Program-made: the position numbers and the translations under genes | Notes under the pieces: generated by a model | Seen by the model: only the letters and a program-made list of their open reading frames with translations | Database searches by the model: none | Told to the model about the DNA's origin: nothing | Assembly (NCBI GenBank): GCA_963736005.1 | Contig: CAVTNB010000001.1 | Span: forward strand, 1,248,001-1,312,000 | From: an uncultured Pseudomonadota bacterium | GTDB taxonomy: Bacteria > Vulcanimicrobiota > Vulcanimicrobiia > Eremiobacterales > Eremiobacteraceae | Length of the DNA stretch: 64,000 nucleotides | Direction: 5' to 3' | In this document: positions 29,571 to 40,064 of the stretch, piece by piece | Layout: every line of letters starts with the position of its first letter | How positions within the stretch are numbered: position 1 is the first letter of the stretch

Positions 29571-31182
29571 CCTCGAGAGCGGCGATCTTGCGCAACGAGG
29601 TTTGCAGCGTGCTCGCGGCCATCCAGCAGACGATGAGTGCGCAACACCCCAAGCCCACGACGACTGCCGCAGTGCCGTGCAACAGGACTCTGGTTGCTCC
29701 GAGGATCCCACCGCACAGCAACAGGATCGCAACACCGGAGACAAATGGCATAACCATGCGAACGCCGCGATTGATGGAATTTGGATTATCCCAGGAAAAT
29801 GAAGGGAAGCTTGCGTCGAACGCAAGCCCGCAACAAACGGACACGACTGACATCAGGATCGCAAACAGCACCAGCGCCAAGGTCCTTCCAATGCCGAATC
29901 CATAGCCGTATGCCAGCCCAGCCGAGCCGAAGGAAATAACGATAGCCGTCTGGCCCCACGCAATCGCGAACTTGTCGCGCAGAATGTCGCGCGGCTCGAA
30001 CGGCATGGCGCGCAAAATCCAAACCGATGCGTGCTCGAGCGACAGGGCGGTCATTCCCGGGTTCAAACCAGCAAGGATGGCCACAAATCCAATTTGCACC
30101 ATCGCAAGCTGGATCGTCAACGGCAACAGCGGGCTCTGCACCCGATGGCCGACGAGCAAGTAGGCAACAAAACCCAGCGAGGTGATATGACTGAACCATA
30201 ATTGCGGCGTTCGAACGAGGGTCCACGCGTCTTTGCGGAAGAGCGCTACCCAGGCGGCGGCACGCTCGACGTACCTGCGCCGCCGTGCGCGCAAGCGCTG
30301 CGCGACAATGATAGATTGGCTCCATCCTTGGGCGAAATTCCCCGAAATGAAGGCCAGCGCCGCGGGGCAGAGCACGAGCGTTGCAAAGAGCAAGAAGGCA
30401 AACCAAGCCAGGGCCCCGACCGGCTGTCGCATGGCGAGCAGCGAGATCAGATTCCCCGCCCACGTGCTCGGGAGCCACGACGGCGGCGTGGGCAGACGCA
30501 GCGTGGAGAGGTCGCCGCTCGCGCGTGCGATCCCTGAGAAACTCGCTACCCAAAACGCGGTCGGTACGATCGCACCGAAGAGCCACAACGATTCTTTTGC
30601 CTGGTTGGCCGGAATGTAGCGCAGCGCCAAGATCGTGATCGCGGCGAGGATCGCGTAGAGAATCGCGGGGAACACCGCAATGCCGATGAGCGCTACCGGA
30701 TACGCCCACAGCGGCGCGCCGGTGCCAAGAAAGAATCCCAAGACAAACGGAACTAGAAAAGTGGCAACGTAGATTTCATTTTGCACCACACCGCCAACAA
30801 ACTTCGCAACCACGATGCTTGACATGCGTAGCGGCATGGTAATGAGCATAGGCATGTCGGCCGCCAAATAGAGATCACCGAGCGCTTGGCCGAAGGCGAT
30901 AAAAACGTCGGTGAACAGATAAATGAGAAACGCCCACGCCGGAATGCTCCAGAGCAATGCGAAAGCGCGTGCATCCAAGAGCGTGCGCGCCCCGACGTAC
31001 GAACCACCGAAGATCATGACAAAAAGCAACAGGCCCGCGGCACTCGCGACCACGTACACGGTGCGCCCCGACCAGTCGCGCCGCGCCGAAAGCGCTCTCT
31101 GTCCAATGATGCGACCGGCCAAGAACAGCATCTCGGCGACCAGCGTCCGCCCACGCGGATAGATACCGGGTCGGCCGATCAC
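29566..31182 (-). CDS. ABC-2-type exporter permease
   Basis: About 12 TM segments, LPSTW, FPSFSWDN; coupled to the ATPase gene by ATGA. Confidence 0.82.
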   Translation of the reverse strand: MIGRPGIYPRGRTLVAEMLFLAGRIIGQRALSARRDWSGRTVYVVASAAGLLLFVMIFGGSYVGARTLLDARAFALLWSIPAWAFLIYLFTDVFIAFGQALGDLYLAADMPMLITMPLRMSSIVVAKFVGGVVQNEIYVATFLVPFVLGFFLGTGAPLWAYPVALIGIAVFPAILYAILAAITILALRYIPANQAKESLWLFGAIVPTAFWVASFSGIARASGDLSTLRLPTPPSWLPSTWAGNLISLLAMRQPVGALAWFAFLLFATLVLCPAALAFISGNFAQGWSQSIIVAQRLRARRRRYVERAAAWVALFRKDAWTLVRTPQLWFSHITSLGFVAYLLVGHRVQSPLLPLTIQLAMVQIGFVAILAGLNPGMTALSLEHASVWILRAMPFEPRDILRDKFAIAWGQTAIVISFGSAGLAYGYGFGIGRTLALVLFAILMSVVSVCCGLAFDASFPSFSWDNPNSINRGVRMVMPFVSGVAILLLCGGILGATRVLLHGTAAVVVGLGCCALIVCWMAASTLQTSLRKIAALEV

Positions 31183-31937
31183 ATGATCTCCGCCAGCGAG
31201 CGCTCTTGCGGTGTTCCAGTCAAACCTAAGAAAATTTCCTCGAGCGTTTGATGTCCGCGCAGGCGACGCAATTCCTCGAACGTCCCCATTGCGATGATGC
31301 GGCCATGATCGATGATTGCAATGCGGTCACACAAGGCCTGCGCAATCTCCATGATGTGCGTGGACATGAAGATCGCACCATCCGCCGCTGCAATGTCGCG
31401 GAGAATGTTTTTCAGCATTTTGGCGCTGCGCGGATCGAGGCCAACCGTCGGCTCGTCGAGGAAGTAAATCTTTGGCTCGTGCAGCAGCGCCGAACAGAGC
31501 AAGATCTTCTGCTTCATGCCGTGGGAGAAGCCGCCGAGCAGGCCATCAGCATCGTCGCTCAAGTCGAAGAGATCGAGCAATCGCTCGATACGCTGAGTTT
31601 TTTGCTGGGCGCTCATGCCATACACGTCACCGACAAAGTTGAGAAACTCAAACGCCGTGAGTTTTGGATATACGTTTGGCTCGTCGGGCACGTAGCCACT
31701 GATGCGCTTTGCCTGCATCGCTTGACGCACGACGTCAAAGCCGCCAAGCCGCGCTCGCCCCGAGGTTGGTCGAACCAGGCCGGTGAGCATCTTGATGGTC
31801 GTTGTCTTGCCTGCACCATTGGGACCGAGAAAGCCAAAAATCTCTCCTGCGTTGATGGTGAACGACACATTGTTCACCGCAACGGTTGAACCGAAGCGTT
31901 TGGTTAACTTTTCAGTTTCGATGAGAACGGTGGCCAT
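31179..31937 (-). CDS. ABC transporter ATP-binding protein
   Basis: GPNGAGKTT, FSHGMKQK, LDEPTVGLDP. Confidence 0.93.
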   Translation of the reverse strand: MATVLIETEKLTKRFGSTVAVNNVSFTINAGEIFGFLGPNGAGKTTTIKMLTGLVRPTSGRARLGGFDVVRQAMQAKRISGYVPDEPNVYPKLTAFEFLNFVGDVYGMSAQQKTQRIERLLDLFDLSDDADGLLGGFSHGMKQKILLCSALLHEPKIYFLDEPTVGLDPRSAKMLKNILRDIAAADGAIFMSTHIMEIAQALCDRIAIIDHGRIIAMGTFEELRRLRGHQTLEEIFLGLTGTPQERSLAEIM

Positions 31938-32086
31938 GGTTCTTCTTTACAGTATCGGCGCAAAAACGAGCGGCACCGCAGGGCGAACGGCACCGCTCAA
32001 CTGTACTACGTTCGACGGTGCTTTGCGGTTTGCAAAGCGGACATCAGTCTGGATGTGGTACGGCCGGCGAACGCGAAGAATGGTCG

Positions 32087-32644
32087 ATGGCCAAGCGTAA
32101 ATGGGAAATTCTCTCCTCTGAATACGTGCTCGAGTCACCCTGGTACCGCCTGCGGCGTGATGCATGTCGCTTGCCGGATGGGTCGGTCGTCGAATCCTAC
32201 TACGTTCGCGAGCATGCGGGGTTTTCGGTGACGTTTGCCATCACACCAGACGAGCGCGTCGTGTTTACGCGTCAATACAAACACGGTATCGGAGATTTTG
32301 TGCTCGAGCTGCCCGCGGGCATGCTCGAACCCGGTGAAGATTCGCTTGCGTGCGCACGGCGCGAACTCGAAGAAGAAACGGGCTACGTTGCGGGCGATTT
32401 CGAACGCATCGCGGAGTTTGAGACCGACCCCACGAGTTCAACCGGGCGCTTCACCCTCTTCATAGCACACGACGCAAAACCAGAGGGACACGCTGCGCCC
32501 GAGGCGACAGAACAGGTCGACACGGTGCTCGTCCCAACAAAAGATGTCTTACATCAAGTTCGAGAGCGGCACGTGCGAGCCCAGAGCCAGGTCGCATCCA
32601 TTTACACCGCGCTCGATCATTTGGGTCTGCTTACCCAGAAATAA
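32087..32644 (+). CDS. NUDIX hydrolase (ADP-ribose pyrophosphatase-like)
   Basis: ELPAGMLEPGE...ARRELEEETGY Nudix box. Confidence 0.9.
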   Translation: MAKRKWEILSSEYVLESPWYRLRRDACRLPDGSVVESYYVREHAGFSVTFAITPDERVVFTRQYKHGIGDFVLELPAGMLEPGEDSLACARRELEEETGYVAGDFERIAEFETDPTSSTGRFTLFIAHDAKPEGHAAPEATEQVDTVLVPTKDVLHQVRERHVRAQSQVASIYTALDHLGLLTQK

Positions 32645-33596
32645 GTTCGCAGTATGTTGTTAGATCGATGTTGCCACCGGAAACGATCGCGACCACCGGT
32701 CCCTGCCCAGCTTTCCCAGCAAGCGCAGCGGCAACCGAGAGCGCTCCGGCACCCTCAGCGACAACGCGTGCCTTTTGTGCCAACACCTTGATCGCATCTT
32801 TGGTCTGCTCGAGCGACACCGTAAAGTACCCGTCGACGAGCGGACGCATCCGTTCCCACATGCGGGGAAACATGCTCTTGCCGCCTGCACCGTCCACGAA
32901 GGATGCCTTCCAATCGTTGAAAACCTGGGCGCTTCCCCGGGCGGCGCTCAACGCCGCAGGTGCAGCCGTCTCCGGTTCCACGCCGTACACCTTGATAGCG
33001 GGCTTGAGTTCTTTGAGCGCGCTGCCGACGCCCGTAATAAGCCCTCCTCCCCCTATGGCAGCGAGCACTGCGACCGCGTCGGGCGCATCTTCGAGGATTT
33101 CGAGGCCCATCGTCGCGTGGCCGGCGATGAAGTTGTTGTCGTCAAACGGGTGAATGAAGGTTCCCTCGACTCCAGGGAATGAGCGCTCTTCGAGCGCTTT
33201 CCAGCACGCATCGTAGCTGGCCCGGACGACCTTGGCGCCAAGCGCTTCCATGCGCTCGAGCTTCGAGGTCGGCGCGGTTTCGATCGCAACGACCGTGCAT
33301 GGCACGGCCGCTTGCCGCGCCGCGTACGCTACACCTTGGCCTGCATTGCCGGCGCTAATCGTCCAGACTCCCCGCTTGCGCTCTCCCGCGCTGAGCAAGG
33401 CAACCGCATTCGCAGCGCCGCGCAACTTGTACGCATTGATAGGCTGGAGATTTTCCAGCTTGAGCCGTATGTCGGGATAGTCGGAGCCAAGCTCCAACCG
33501 CACGAGTGGCGTCCGCACGATCGTGCCTGCGATGCGTTCTCTTGCCGCCCTGATTTCCGAAAGTTCGATCGGTCGTACAGCTTGCGGAGCTTGCAT
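32631..33596 (-). CDS. PLP-dependent threonine/serine dehydratase family protein
   Basis: LKLENLQPINAYKLRGA, SAGNAG, IGGGGL, VSGGNID. Confidence 0.9.
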   Translation of the reverse strand: MQAPQAVRPIELSEIRAARERIAGTIVRTPLVRLELGSDYPDIRLKLENLQPINAYKLRGAANAVALLSAGERKRGVWTISAGNAGQGVAYAARQAAVPCTVVAIETAPTSKLERMEALGAKVVRASYDACWKALEERSFPGVEGTFIHPFDDNNFIAGHATMGLEILEDAPDAVAVLAAIGGGGLITGVGSALKELKPAIKVYGVEPETAAPAALSAARGSAQVFNDWKASFVDGAGGKSMFPRMWERMRPLVDGYFTVSLEQTKDAIKVLAQKARVVAEGAGALSVAAALAGKAGQGPVVAIVSGGNIDLTTYCELISG

Positions 33597-33607
33597 CGGA
33601 GCCTTCC

Positions 33608-35125
33608 TTAGAGAGCAGAGTGGCGAACATCGCCGTCAACGACAGTCATCACGACTCGGATATCCTTAATCGAGGCCGCAGGAACGCGGTCCACCGGGCG
33701 CTCGAGTAGCGCGAAGTCTGCCAACATACCGGGCGCCAGCGTTCCGCAGCGATGCTCCATGAACGCCAACCTTGCTGCATCGCAAGTATAGCAACGCAAC
33801 ATTTCCTCGGCGCTCAAGCGTTCGGAGGCAACGTGGTGGTTGACGCCGCTATGAATGCCCAAGAGTGCGGAGAACGGCGTTACCGGACTGTCAGAGCCCG
33901 CACACACGGTACAGCCGCTACGCCGTGCAGAAGCAAGGCGATTCATCGTGCGTGCACGCTTTGCCCCGAGCCGTTGCTCGTACATGGCGCCCTCACCACC
34001 CCAGAGATAGTCGAAGGCAGGCTGCATCGAGAGCAAGATTCCCAAGCGCGCAGCGCGTTCGAGATGATCGGTTCGCGCGATTTCAAAATGATCGATGGAG
34101 GGTCGCAATCCTGCGAGCGATCCACGCTGGCTGGCAACGGTTTCCCAAGCAGCGATCGCTTGCTCGATGGCTTCGTCGCCAATAGCATGAACGCCAAGAG
34201 AGAGTCCGCTTTCCGCAGCTTCGCTGAACAAATCGACGAGCTGGGTGCGCTCGAGATAGAGGTATCCACGACCGCGCGCATCCTGATAGTCGTCTCTCAA
34301 AGCGGCGGTTCTCGAGCCGACGGACCCGTCAAGGAAGATGTCACCGCCGAACACGCGCCCGCCAAGCCGCTTTGCCTTCGCAACGCTTGTCGTGCACGAC
34401 TTCGAGATGACGCGCAAGGGTAGAACCGCATTGTCAATGTAGATTTCGGCGAGCTCTTCGTACGATGCGTCGCCTTCGATCACGTTGTGCACGGTCGTAA
34501 TGCCCGCGGCGAGCGCGGCTCCCGCGGCCGCGCGATCCGCACGCCGAAGTGCCGCGACAGGCAAGCGGCGCACGAAGTCGTACTGTGCGGCGTAGCTGAC
34601 AACTCCCGTGAGTTTTCCTGTCGGCTCCCCCAGCACATCCACTTCAACTTCCGGCTTGGTGAGATCGATGCTTAGGAGCTCGAGTGCAGCGGAGTTGGCC
34701 ACACACGAATGGCCATCGACCCTGCTGAGCAGCGTCGGTTTACCACCCGAGACCGCATCTAATTCCGTGCGAGTGGGCAGTCTGCTTTCCGCGAGATCGT
34801 TCTCCTCGAAGTTGCCCGCGTACACGAAGGGTTCCACGGCTGCGAGTTTGGCAACCCTCGCAAGCAACGACGGGATGTCGTTGCAGATTCCGAGATCGCG
34901 ATCGCCGCGAAGCAGACCGGTCGCTGTCAGGTGAACGTGGCAATCATGCAAGCCAGGCACAATCGACCCGCCGGCGCAGTCCACCACGTTCACCTCGCTC
35001 GAAAGCCCGGTCGGCCGTTCTGGCACTGCGCGTTCAACTACATCGTCGCGCACCAAGAGGCAGCGCGCTCGCGGCATGTTTGGATCGAGCGTGAGGATGT
35101 CCGCATTGACGTACAGTGTTTGCAC
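33608..35125 (-). CDS. Amidohydrolase 3 (YtcJ-like)
   Basis: PGLHDCHVH, DGH, DGSVGSRTA, HAIGD, GSDSP. Confidence 0.88.
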   Translation of the reverse strand: MQTLYVNADILTLDPNMPRARCLLVRDDVVERAVPERPTGLSSEVNVVDCAGGSIVPGLHDCHVHLTATGLLRGDRDLGICNDIPSLLARVAKLAAVEPFVYAGNFEENDLAESRLPTRTELDAVSGGKPTLLSRVDGHSCVANSAALELLSIDLTKPEVEVDVLGEPTGKLTGVVSYAAQYDFVRRLPVAALRRADRAAAGAALAAGITTVHNVIEGDASYEELAEIYIDNAVLPLRVISKSCTTSVAKAKRLGGRVFGGDIFLDGSVGSRTAALRDDYQDARGRGYLYLERTQLVDLFSEAAESGLSLGVHAIGDEAIEQAIAAWETVASQRGSLAGLRPSIDHFEIARTDHLERAARLGILLSMQPAFDYLWGGEGAMYEQRLGAKRARTMNRLASARRSGCTVCAGSDSPVTPFSALLGIHSGVNHHVASERLSAEEMLRCYTCDAARLAFMEHRCGTLAPGMLADFALLERPVDRVPAASIKDIRVVMTVVDGDVRHSAL

Positions 35126-35143
35126 GCGCGCCGCTTCCGCTAA

Positions 35144-35169
35144 TGTAGCAGCGGACCTTTAGGTCCGCT
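35144..35169 (+). repeat. REP family A
   Basis: TGTAGCAGCGGACCTTTAGGTCCGCT. Confidence 0.85.
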
Positions 35170-35181
35170 TCAGCGCCGTAA

Positions 35182-35211
35182 ATGCAACAGGGGCTCGCGC
35201 CCCTGTTGCAT
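35182..35211. terminator. 13-bp perfect hairpin (terminator or another REP type)
   Basis: ATGCAACAGGGGC-TCGC-GCCCCTGTTGCAT downstream of the YeaQ-family gene. Confidence 0.5.
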
Positions 35212-35226
35212 GTTTTCGAGAGGGTT

Positions 35227-35484
35227 TTATTTCCTTGTGCCGCCGATCGCTCGCAAGATGAGTAGTAAGATGATAGCGCCCACAAATGCGACGAGAAGAC
35301 TTGGGAAGTTGATACCCGTAGCTCCCACATGACCAAACATGTTCCAAAGCCAACCGCCGAGAATGGCGCCTATGATGCCGATAATCATGTCTCCGAGAAT
35401 GCCGCCAGGACCTTCGCCTTTCACCACAAGCTTGGCGAGGAACCCAGCGATAATGCCGACGACGATCCACGCAATCCAACTCAT
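35227..35484 (-). CDS. GlsB/YeaQ/YmgE (transglycosylase-associated) stress membrane protein
   Basis: WIVVGIIAGFLAK...IIGIIGAILGG...AFVGAIILL; SD GAGGAG. Confidence 0.9.
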   Translation of the reverse strand: MSWIAWIVVGIIAGFLAKLVVKGEGPGGILGDMIIGIIGAILGGWLWNMFGHVGATGINFPSLLVAFVGAIILLLILRAIGGTRK

Positions 35485-35600
35485 GTATGTACTCCTCTAA
35501 CCGCAGAGCGCGGTCTATCAAGCAGTAGGTGTGGAGAACGTCCTGTGGTGGACGCGAAAAATCCTTGGGTGGGGCGGGACGCTCCCCCCGCCGCAGCCTA

Positions 35601-37241
35601 TTAGATCTCCCACTCCCACGTGTTCCAAAACGTCGTTACGGCATGGGCCGGTTTATAGTTTTTGAGGTCCGAGTTGACGATATCTTGCCTGCGCACGTAC
35701 CAGATAATAATGAACGGCACTTGTTCGTTAAGAATCCGCTGGATTTTGTCGTAGGCAACTTTGCGTTTGTCCTGGTCGTATTCCGTCATCGCGATGTTCT
35801 CAGCCGCATCAAGATCTTGGTTGCAGAAACGATACGTATTCTGGCCGTTCGGTGGCACTTGATTGCACATAAACAGCGTGGAGTCATCAGGATCGACGCC
35901 GTTGAGCCATGAGTAAAACCCAGTGTCATATTTGCCCGTTTGGAAGATACCACCGGCGGCATAACTTTCAAACAGGATGTTCGATTGATAGTTCTTGACG
36001 ACGCCTTCAACGCCGACTTCGTGCCACTCGCGTTGCACGACGAGCTCGACGTCGGCTGTTTCTGCAGATCCGGTCGTGCCGCTCATGCCCAGCGTCAAGC
36101 GCTGGCCGTTCTTGTAGCGATAGCCATCCGATCCCAGCTTCCAGCCGGCCTCGTCGAGCAACTTACCCGCCATCACGGGGTCGTGGGAGTACTGTTTGAG
36201 ATTGTCGGCGTGTGCCCAAAGGAATGATGGCTGATCGGAGTCGCCTTTCATGTAGGTGCCGTGGCTAACTGTATCGATGAGCTCTTGTTGATCGGTCGCA
36301 TAGGCGAGCGCCTGGCGGACGCGGACGTCGCTCAGAATCGGGTTGGTCAGATTGAGTCCTATTTGGCGATACTGAGTGAAGGGGGTGCGATAGATGCGGA
36401 CGCCCGAGATGAGAGCGTAGCTCGGAGCCTGCGACGCAGGCGCATTATACTCCATGTCCTTCTCATGCGTGCGAAGCTGCGTGAGGATGGTCGTTTCGTC
36501 GGGGATGACGTAATAATCCACTTCCTTAAGCTTCGGCGGACCACGCCAATAGGTGGGATTCGCCGTCATCTTCAGGATGACGCCGTTTTGCCACTCCTGT
36601 ACGATGAACGGACCGGTGCCAATCGGTTTGATATTGTATCCCGCGTGGTTGATATCCGGATATTGCGCGAGCAAATGCTTTGGGATGATTGGATATGCCG
36701 TCGAAGACATGGTGAAGAACGTGGCGACAAACGGTGCCCAGCGCTTCTTGAGATGGATGACAATCGTGTTATCATCCTTTTTGTCGATGCCACTGATGAG
36801 ATCGTAGCCGGTGCGCGTCTGTACATTGTTGCGCGGGTTCATCACAGCTTGCCACGTGAAGATGACGTCGTCTGCCGAGAACGGGGCACCATCTTGCCAC
36901 TTGACGCCTTTGCGCAGATGGTAGGTGATCGAAAGCCCATCCGAACTGATGCCGCCATTCTTAACCGTTGGCACTTCGGTCGCCAACTCCGGCACAAATT
37001 CGTCTTGATCGCTCCAGTTGAAGAGATACCCTGCCCAGAACATCGAGAGGTCGGTTTCGACTTGCTGCTCGCCCAGCAATGGATTGAGATTATCCGGGTT
37101 CGATACGCCAGCGATACGAAGCACGCCGTGGATGGTCCAGGGATTCCCATGTCCGAGGCCCGTGCTCGTGCCAACCTTGGTGCACGCAGCAGCCATCGCC
37201 GCGATTGCAACGATCAGTCCTATGCACAATGCTCGTTTCAT
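35601..37241 (-). CDS. Peptide ABC transporter substrate-binding lipoprotein (family 5)
   Basis: Lipobox AAAC, YHLRKGVKWQDG, PIGTGPF, VRVRQAL. Confidence 0.9.
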   Translation of the reverse strand: MKRALCIGLIVAIAAMAAACTKVGTSTGLGHGNPWTIHGVLRIAGVSNPDNLNPLLGEQQVETDLSMFWAGYLFNWSDQDEFVPELATEVPTVKNGGISSDGLSITYHLRKGVKWQDGAPFSADDVIFTWQAVMNPRNNVQTRTGYDLISGIDKKDDNTIVIHLKKRWAPFVATFFTMSSTAYPIIPKHLLAQYPDINHAGYNIKPIGTGPFIVQEWQNGVILKMTANPTYWRGPPKLKEVDYYVIPDETTILTQLRTHEKDMEYNAPASQAPSYALISGVRIYRTPFTQYRQIGLNLTNPILSDVRVRQALAYATDQQELIDTVSHGTYMKGDSDQPSFLWAHADNLKQYSHDPVMAGKLLDEAGWKLGSDGYRYKNGQRLTLGMSGTTGSAETADVELVVQREWHEVGVEGVVKNYQSNILFESYAAGGIFQTGKYDTGFYSWLNGVDPDDSTLFMCNQVPPNGQNTYRFCNQDLDAAENIAMTEYDQDKRKVAYDKIQRILNEQVPFIIIWYVRRQDIVNSDLKNYKPAHAVTTFWNTWEWEI

Positions 37242-37990
37242 GGTGTACCTTTTCGGGTTTCCAGCTCGCGGCTCATGCGGCGATTAAGGATCCCGCCGAT
37301 GATAAACAACACTATCGCGCCGTAGAAGAGCGCGATAAACGTGGCATTCGGAGCTGGTGGATTCGCGATTGGGAGATAGGCAATCCACAGGGCAAAGCCG
37401 AGACTGCCCAGTTCGGTAAATAAACCAAACGCAGTGTTTGGGCGCTCTGTGCTTGCCGGAAGCTTAGCCGCACGCAGACGCGGTATGAGCCTTGGCACTG
37501 CCGCACAGTACCGGGCATATGCTTCACCGTGTGCTGCGCGCAGATATCCCTCCTCGAGGAAGATCAGGCGATAGACGAAGGCAAGGAGTAAGACAAAGAT
37601 CGTGACCATTGCCGCCGGTGGACCAATCGAACTAATGCCGATGGCTTGCAAAAGGTTGCCGAGGTACAGTGGGTTGCGCATGTAGCGGTAGGGGCCCGCT
37701 GCCGTCAGCGTGGCGGTTTCGATGCTGCCACTATAGACCACGCCCACCCGGTGATAGCTCGACCCCCACCACCGGAGAAGGAAACCTAAAAAGGTGAGGG
37801 CGGCGGCAATGGTGGCTGCGCCGCGAACTCCTGCATCGCCCCAGTGTCTGCCGATTAGAAGGTAGCTCGGCGTGCCCGTGCCTCCCAGGGCGCGATCGAT
37901 CAGATAACCGACAAAAAATCCGAAGAAATATATCGCGAACGCAATCCAAGCGCGGACGCGAAACTCCCACGGAGATGACCCTTGGTTCAT
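37238..37990 (-). CDS. Isoprenylcysteine carboxyl methyltransferase/PEMT family membrane protein
   Basis: GPYRYMRNPLYLG and EE...Y..Y...VPR motifs. Confidence 0.8.
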   Translation of the reverse strand: MNQGSSPWEFRVRAWIAFAIYFFGFFVGYLIDRALGGTGTPSYLLIGRHWGDAGVRGAATIAAALTFLGFLLRWWGSSYHRVGVVYSGSIETATLTAAGPYRYMRNPLYLGNLLQAIGISSIGPPAAMVTIFVLLLAFVYRLIFLEEGYLRAAHGEAYARYCAAVPRLIPRLRAAKLPASTERPNTAFGLFTELGSLGFALWIAYLPIANPPAPNATFIALFYGAIVLFIIGGILNRRMSRELETRKGTP

Positions 37991-38027
37991 TCCAAACAAT
38001 TCCTAATGCAACAAAGACACGAGCCTA

Positions 38028-39308
38028 TCACTGCGCGGTGTTCGGGCCGGTGAGATGAGGTCGCGGGTGCGCACCCACGAATGACAGAGAGTCAAATCCA
38101 GTAACTACGAAGAGTAGATCACCTTTATTCAGCGCAACGTGGTCCTGGCCTTCGTAAATCAAGTACAGCGGGTGCGTGTACGGCGGGTTGTTCAACGTGA
38201 GTTCGGACGATGGAATCATGCGAGGTCCGTGGGGTCCTGCTTCTGTAAAGTGGATTGAGTGAAGATCCGACGTTATGCGCACGCGATATCGTTCGCCGTT
38301 TCCTACGTCATCGATCAGCAATGGATATGTCCCAGGTTGGAATCCGCTGATGGCGATCTTGTGCTGCGACGCAAAACTCAAGGTGAGCTGTCTGGCGCCT
38401 TTGGAAGTCGGCTTGCCTATCTGCACGCTATAGCGTGAGAACTCGATGACATACGTAGTATTCTTCTTCATCGCGGCGACGAGCAAATTGCTCGTCACGC
38501 TCGCCGGACTCACGAATTGCCCGGTCGCGGGCGGCGCTAGGTCTGGTGCGAATTCCTCCAGCTCCAGGAAATCGGGACTTGACGGTTGCGACGGGTTCTT
38601 CGTGTTAGGCTGCAGCTTATCGGCCCAGCGACGATATTGCCATTCTAGTTGATTGAGCGCTTTTGGGCCGCTGACAAATTGACCCGCGCTTACCTTGTTG
38701 AAGATCGCCGCGCGTCCACTGAGCCGTAGAGTTGGGTTGTTGAGGAGCGCCGCGTGCTCGATCGTCGTAATCGATGTGATATAGCATCCATTGTCCGAGA
38801 TATTCTGCGCGAATGCCGTTGGCGTATACGGCGTGGGTCCGATACTAAACTGAGGTTCCGACCAGATGATCTGACCGGCATTCGGTCCCGTCTTCACCAC
38901 ATATTTCGAAGCATACGCGACCAACGGTTTCATCAGGGCTCCATTTACTTGCGAGAGGAGCGGCATGTTGGCAACCATGCAATTCTCGAGCGCCGTCGTC
39001 GTGCAGTTCAGGTCGCCATAGTGTATCGGTCGACGCTCGTTCGACGTGTGCGGTGTCGCGAATCCCGTTTTTGTCGGCTCAAAGCGAATGGTAATACCTC
39101 TTTGGCTCACGGAAATGTCGACGCGGTCTGCCGAGGCCGATTGCTGACCGAGCGATCCGAGAACTAGCGCCAGCGAGAACGCAAAGATTCCCTTAGTCCT
39201 TCTAACCACTGCCAGACGCCTTTCTGCTGGAGGGGCGTTCCACTTCAAAGCCGCGGGCAAGCCATAAAAAGCGATCCCGAGTGCAACTCGGCGTTCCACT
39301 AACCTCAC
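38028..39308 (-). CDS. Secreted hypothetical protein, possibly a C39-like cysteine peptidase
   Basis: Signal-like FAFSLALVLG...ASA; MPLLSQ, NGCYITS, QHKIAISG, LIDD in papain-like order; start uncertain. Confidence 0.6.
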   Translation of the reverse strand: MRLVERRVALGIAFYGLPAALKWNAPPAERRLAVVRRTKGIFAFSLALVLGSLGQQSASADRVDISVSQRGITIRFEPTKTGFATPHTSNERRPIHYGDLNCTTTALENCMVANMPLLSQVNGALMKPLVAYASKYVVKTGPNAGQIIWSEPQFSIGPTPYTPTAFAQNISDNGCYITSITTIEHAALLNNPTLRLSGRAAIFNKVSAGQFVSGPKALNQLEWQYRRWADKLQPNTKNPSQPSSPDFLELEEFAPDLAPPATGQFVSPASVTSNLLVAAMKKNTTYVIEFSRYSVQIGKPTSKGARQLTLSFASQHKIAISGFQPGTYPLLIDDVGNGERYRVRITSDLHSIHFTEAGPHGPRMIPSSELTLNNPPYTHPLYLIYEGQDHVALNKGDLLFVVTGFDSLSFVGAHPRPHLTGPNTAQ

Positions 39309-39356
39309 CGCGCGTCCTCGATAGATAGAACTATTGGACTGTTTCGAGCAGAGCTG

Positions 39357-40064
39357 CTACTGAGTCGCTATCCGCGCCAAACTGGTATCATCAGAGATGA
39401 GAATATCACGGGTTCGGCGGTCGATCAACTTCTCGTCCCAAAAGCTATTTAACGTCCGATTTACGGTTTCGCGTGTGGTTCCGATCATGTTCGCCATCTG
39501 CTGATCCGTCAACCGGATGGTTAGGCGCGTGCCACCTTCCGTCTTTTCACCAAATCCCTGCTCAAGCCGTAGCAAGGTGCTCGCTAAGCGCGCGCGTACA
39601 TCCAGAGCACCGCGTACCAGAGTAGCGTTGGTAGAGCGGATGCGGTCGCATAACGAAGCCATCAACGCATGCGAGAGTTGCGGACGCCGTCCCAGCAACT
39701 CGACAAATCGCTCGCGTAACAGCACGGCGAACTCCGAGTCGCTCAGCGCTGTTACACTTGCCGAGCGTGGCGAGCGGTCGATCATCGCCATCTCGCCAAA
39801 AATATCGCCCACCTTGAGAATGCTCAGCAAACTCTCTTTGCCCCCTTCAGTCATGCAGCTAACGCCGACGTGGCCTTTTAGCACCACGTACAACCCGTCC
39901 GCATCATCACCTTCCTGGACAACCATCGCTGATTTTTTGTAGCGGCGCGGCACGAACGATTCAGCAACCGCCTCGAGGTCTCGATCTTCCAGGGCCGCAA
40001 ACAGCGACATACCTTTGAGAAATGCCGCTGAAATGCCGGCTGTTAGGCTAATCGCGTCCTTCAT
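39357..40064 (-). CDS. Crp/Fnr family transcriptional regulator
   Basis: FGEMA...PRSASV cyclic-nucleotide pocket; HTH GTTRETVNR. Confidence 0.92.
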   Translation of the reverse strand: MKDAISLTAGISAAFLKGMSLFAALEDRDLEAVAESFVPRRYKKSAMVVQEGDDADGLYVVLKGHVGVSCMTEGGKESLLSILKVGDIFGEMAMIDRSPRSASVTALSDSEFAVLLRERFVELLGRRPQLSHALMASLCDRIRSTNATLVRGALDVRARLASTLLRLEQGFGEKTEGGTRLTIRLTDQQMANMIGTTRETVNRTLNSFWDEKLIDRRTRDILISDDTSLARIATQ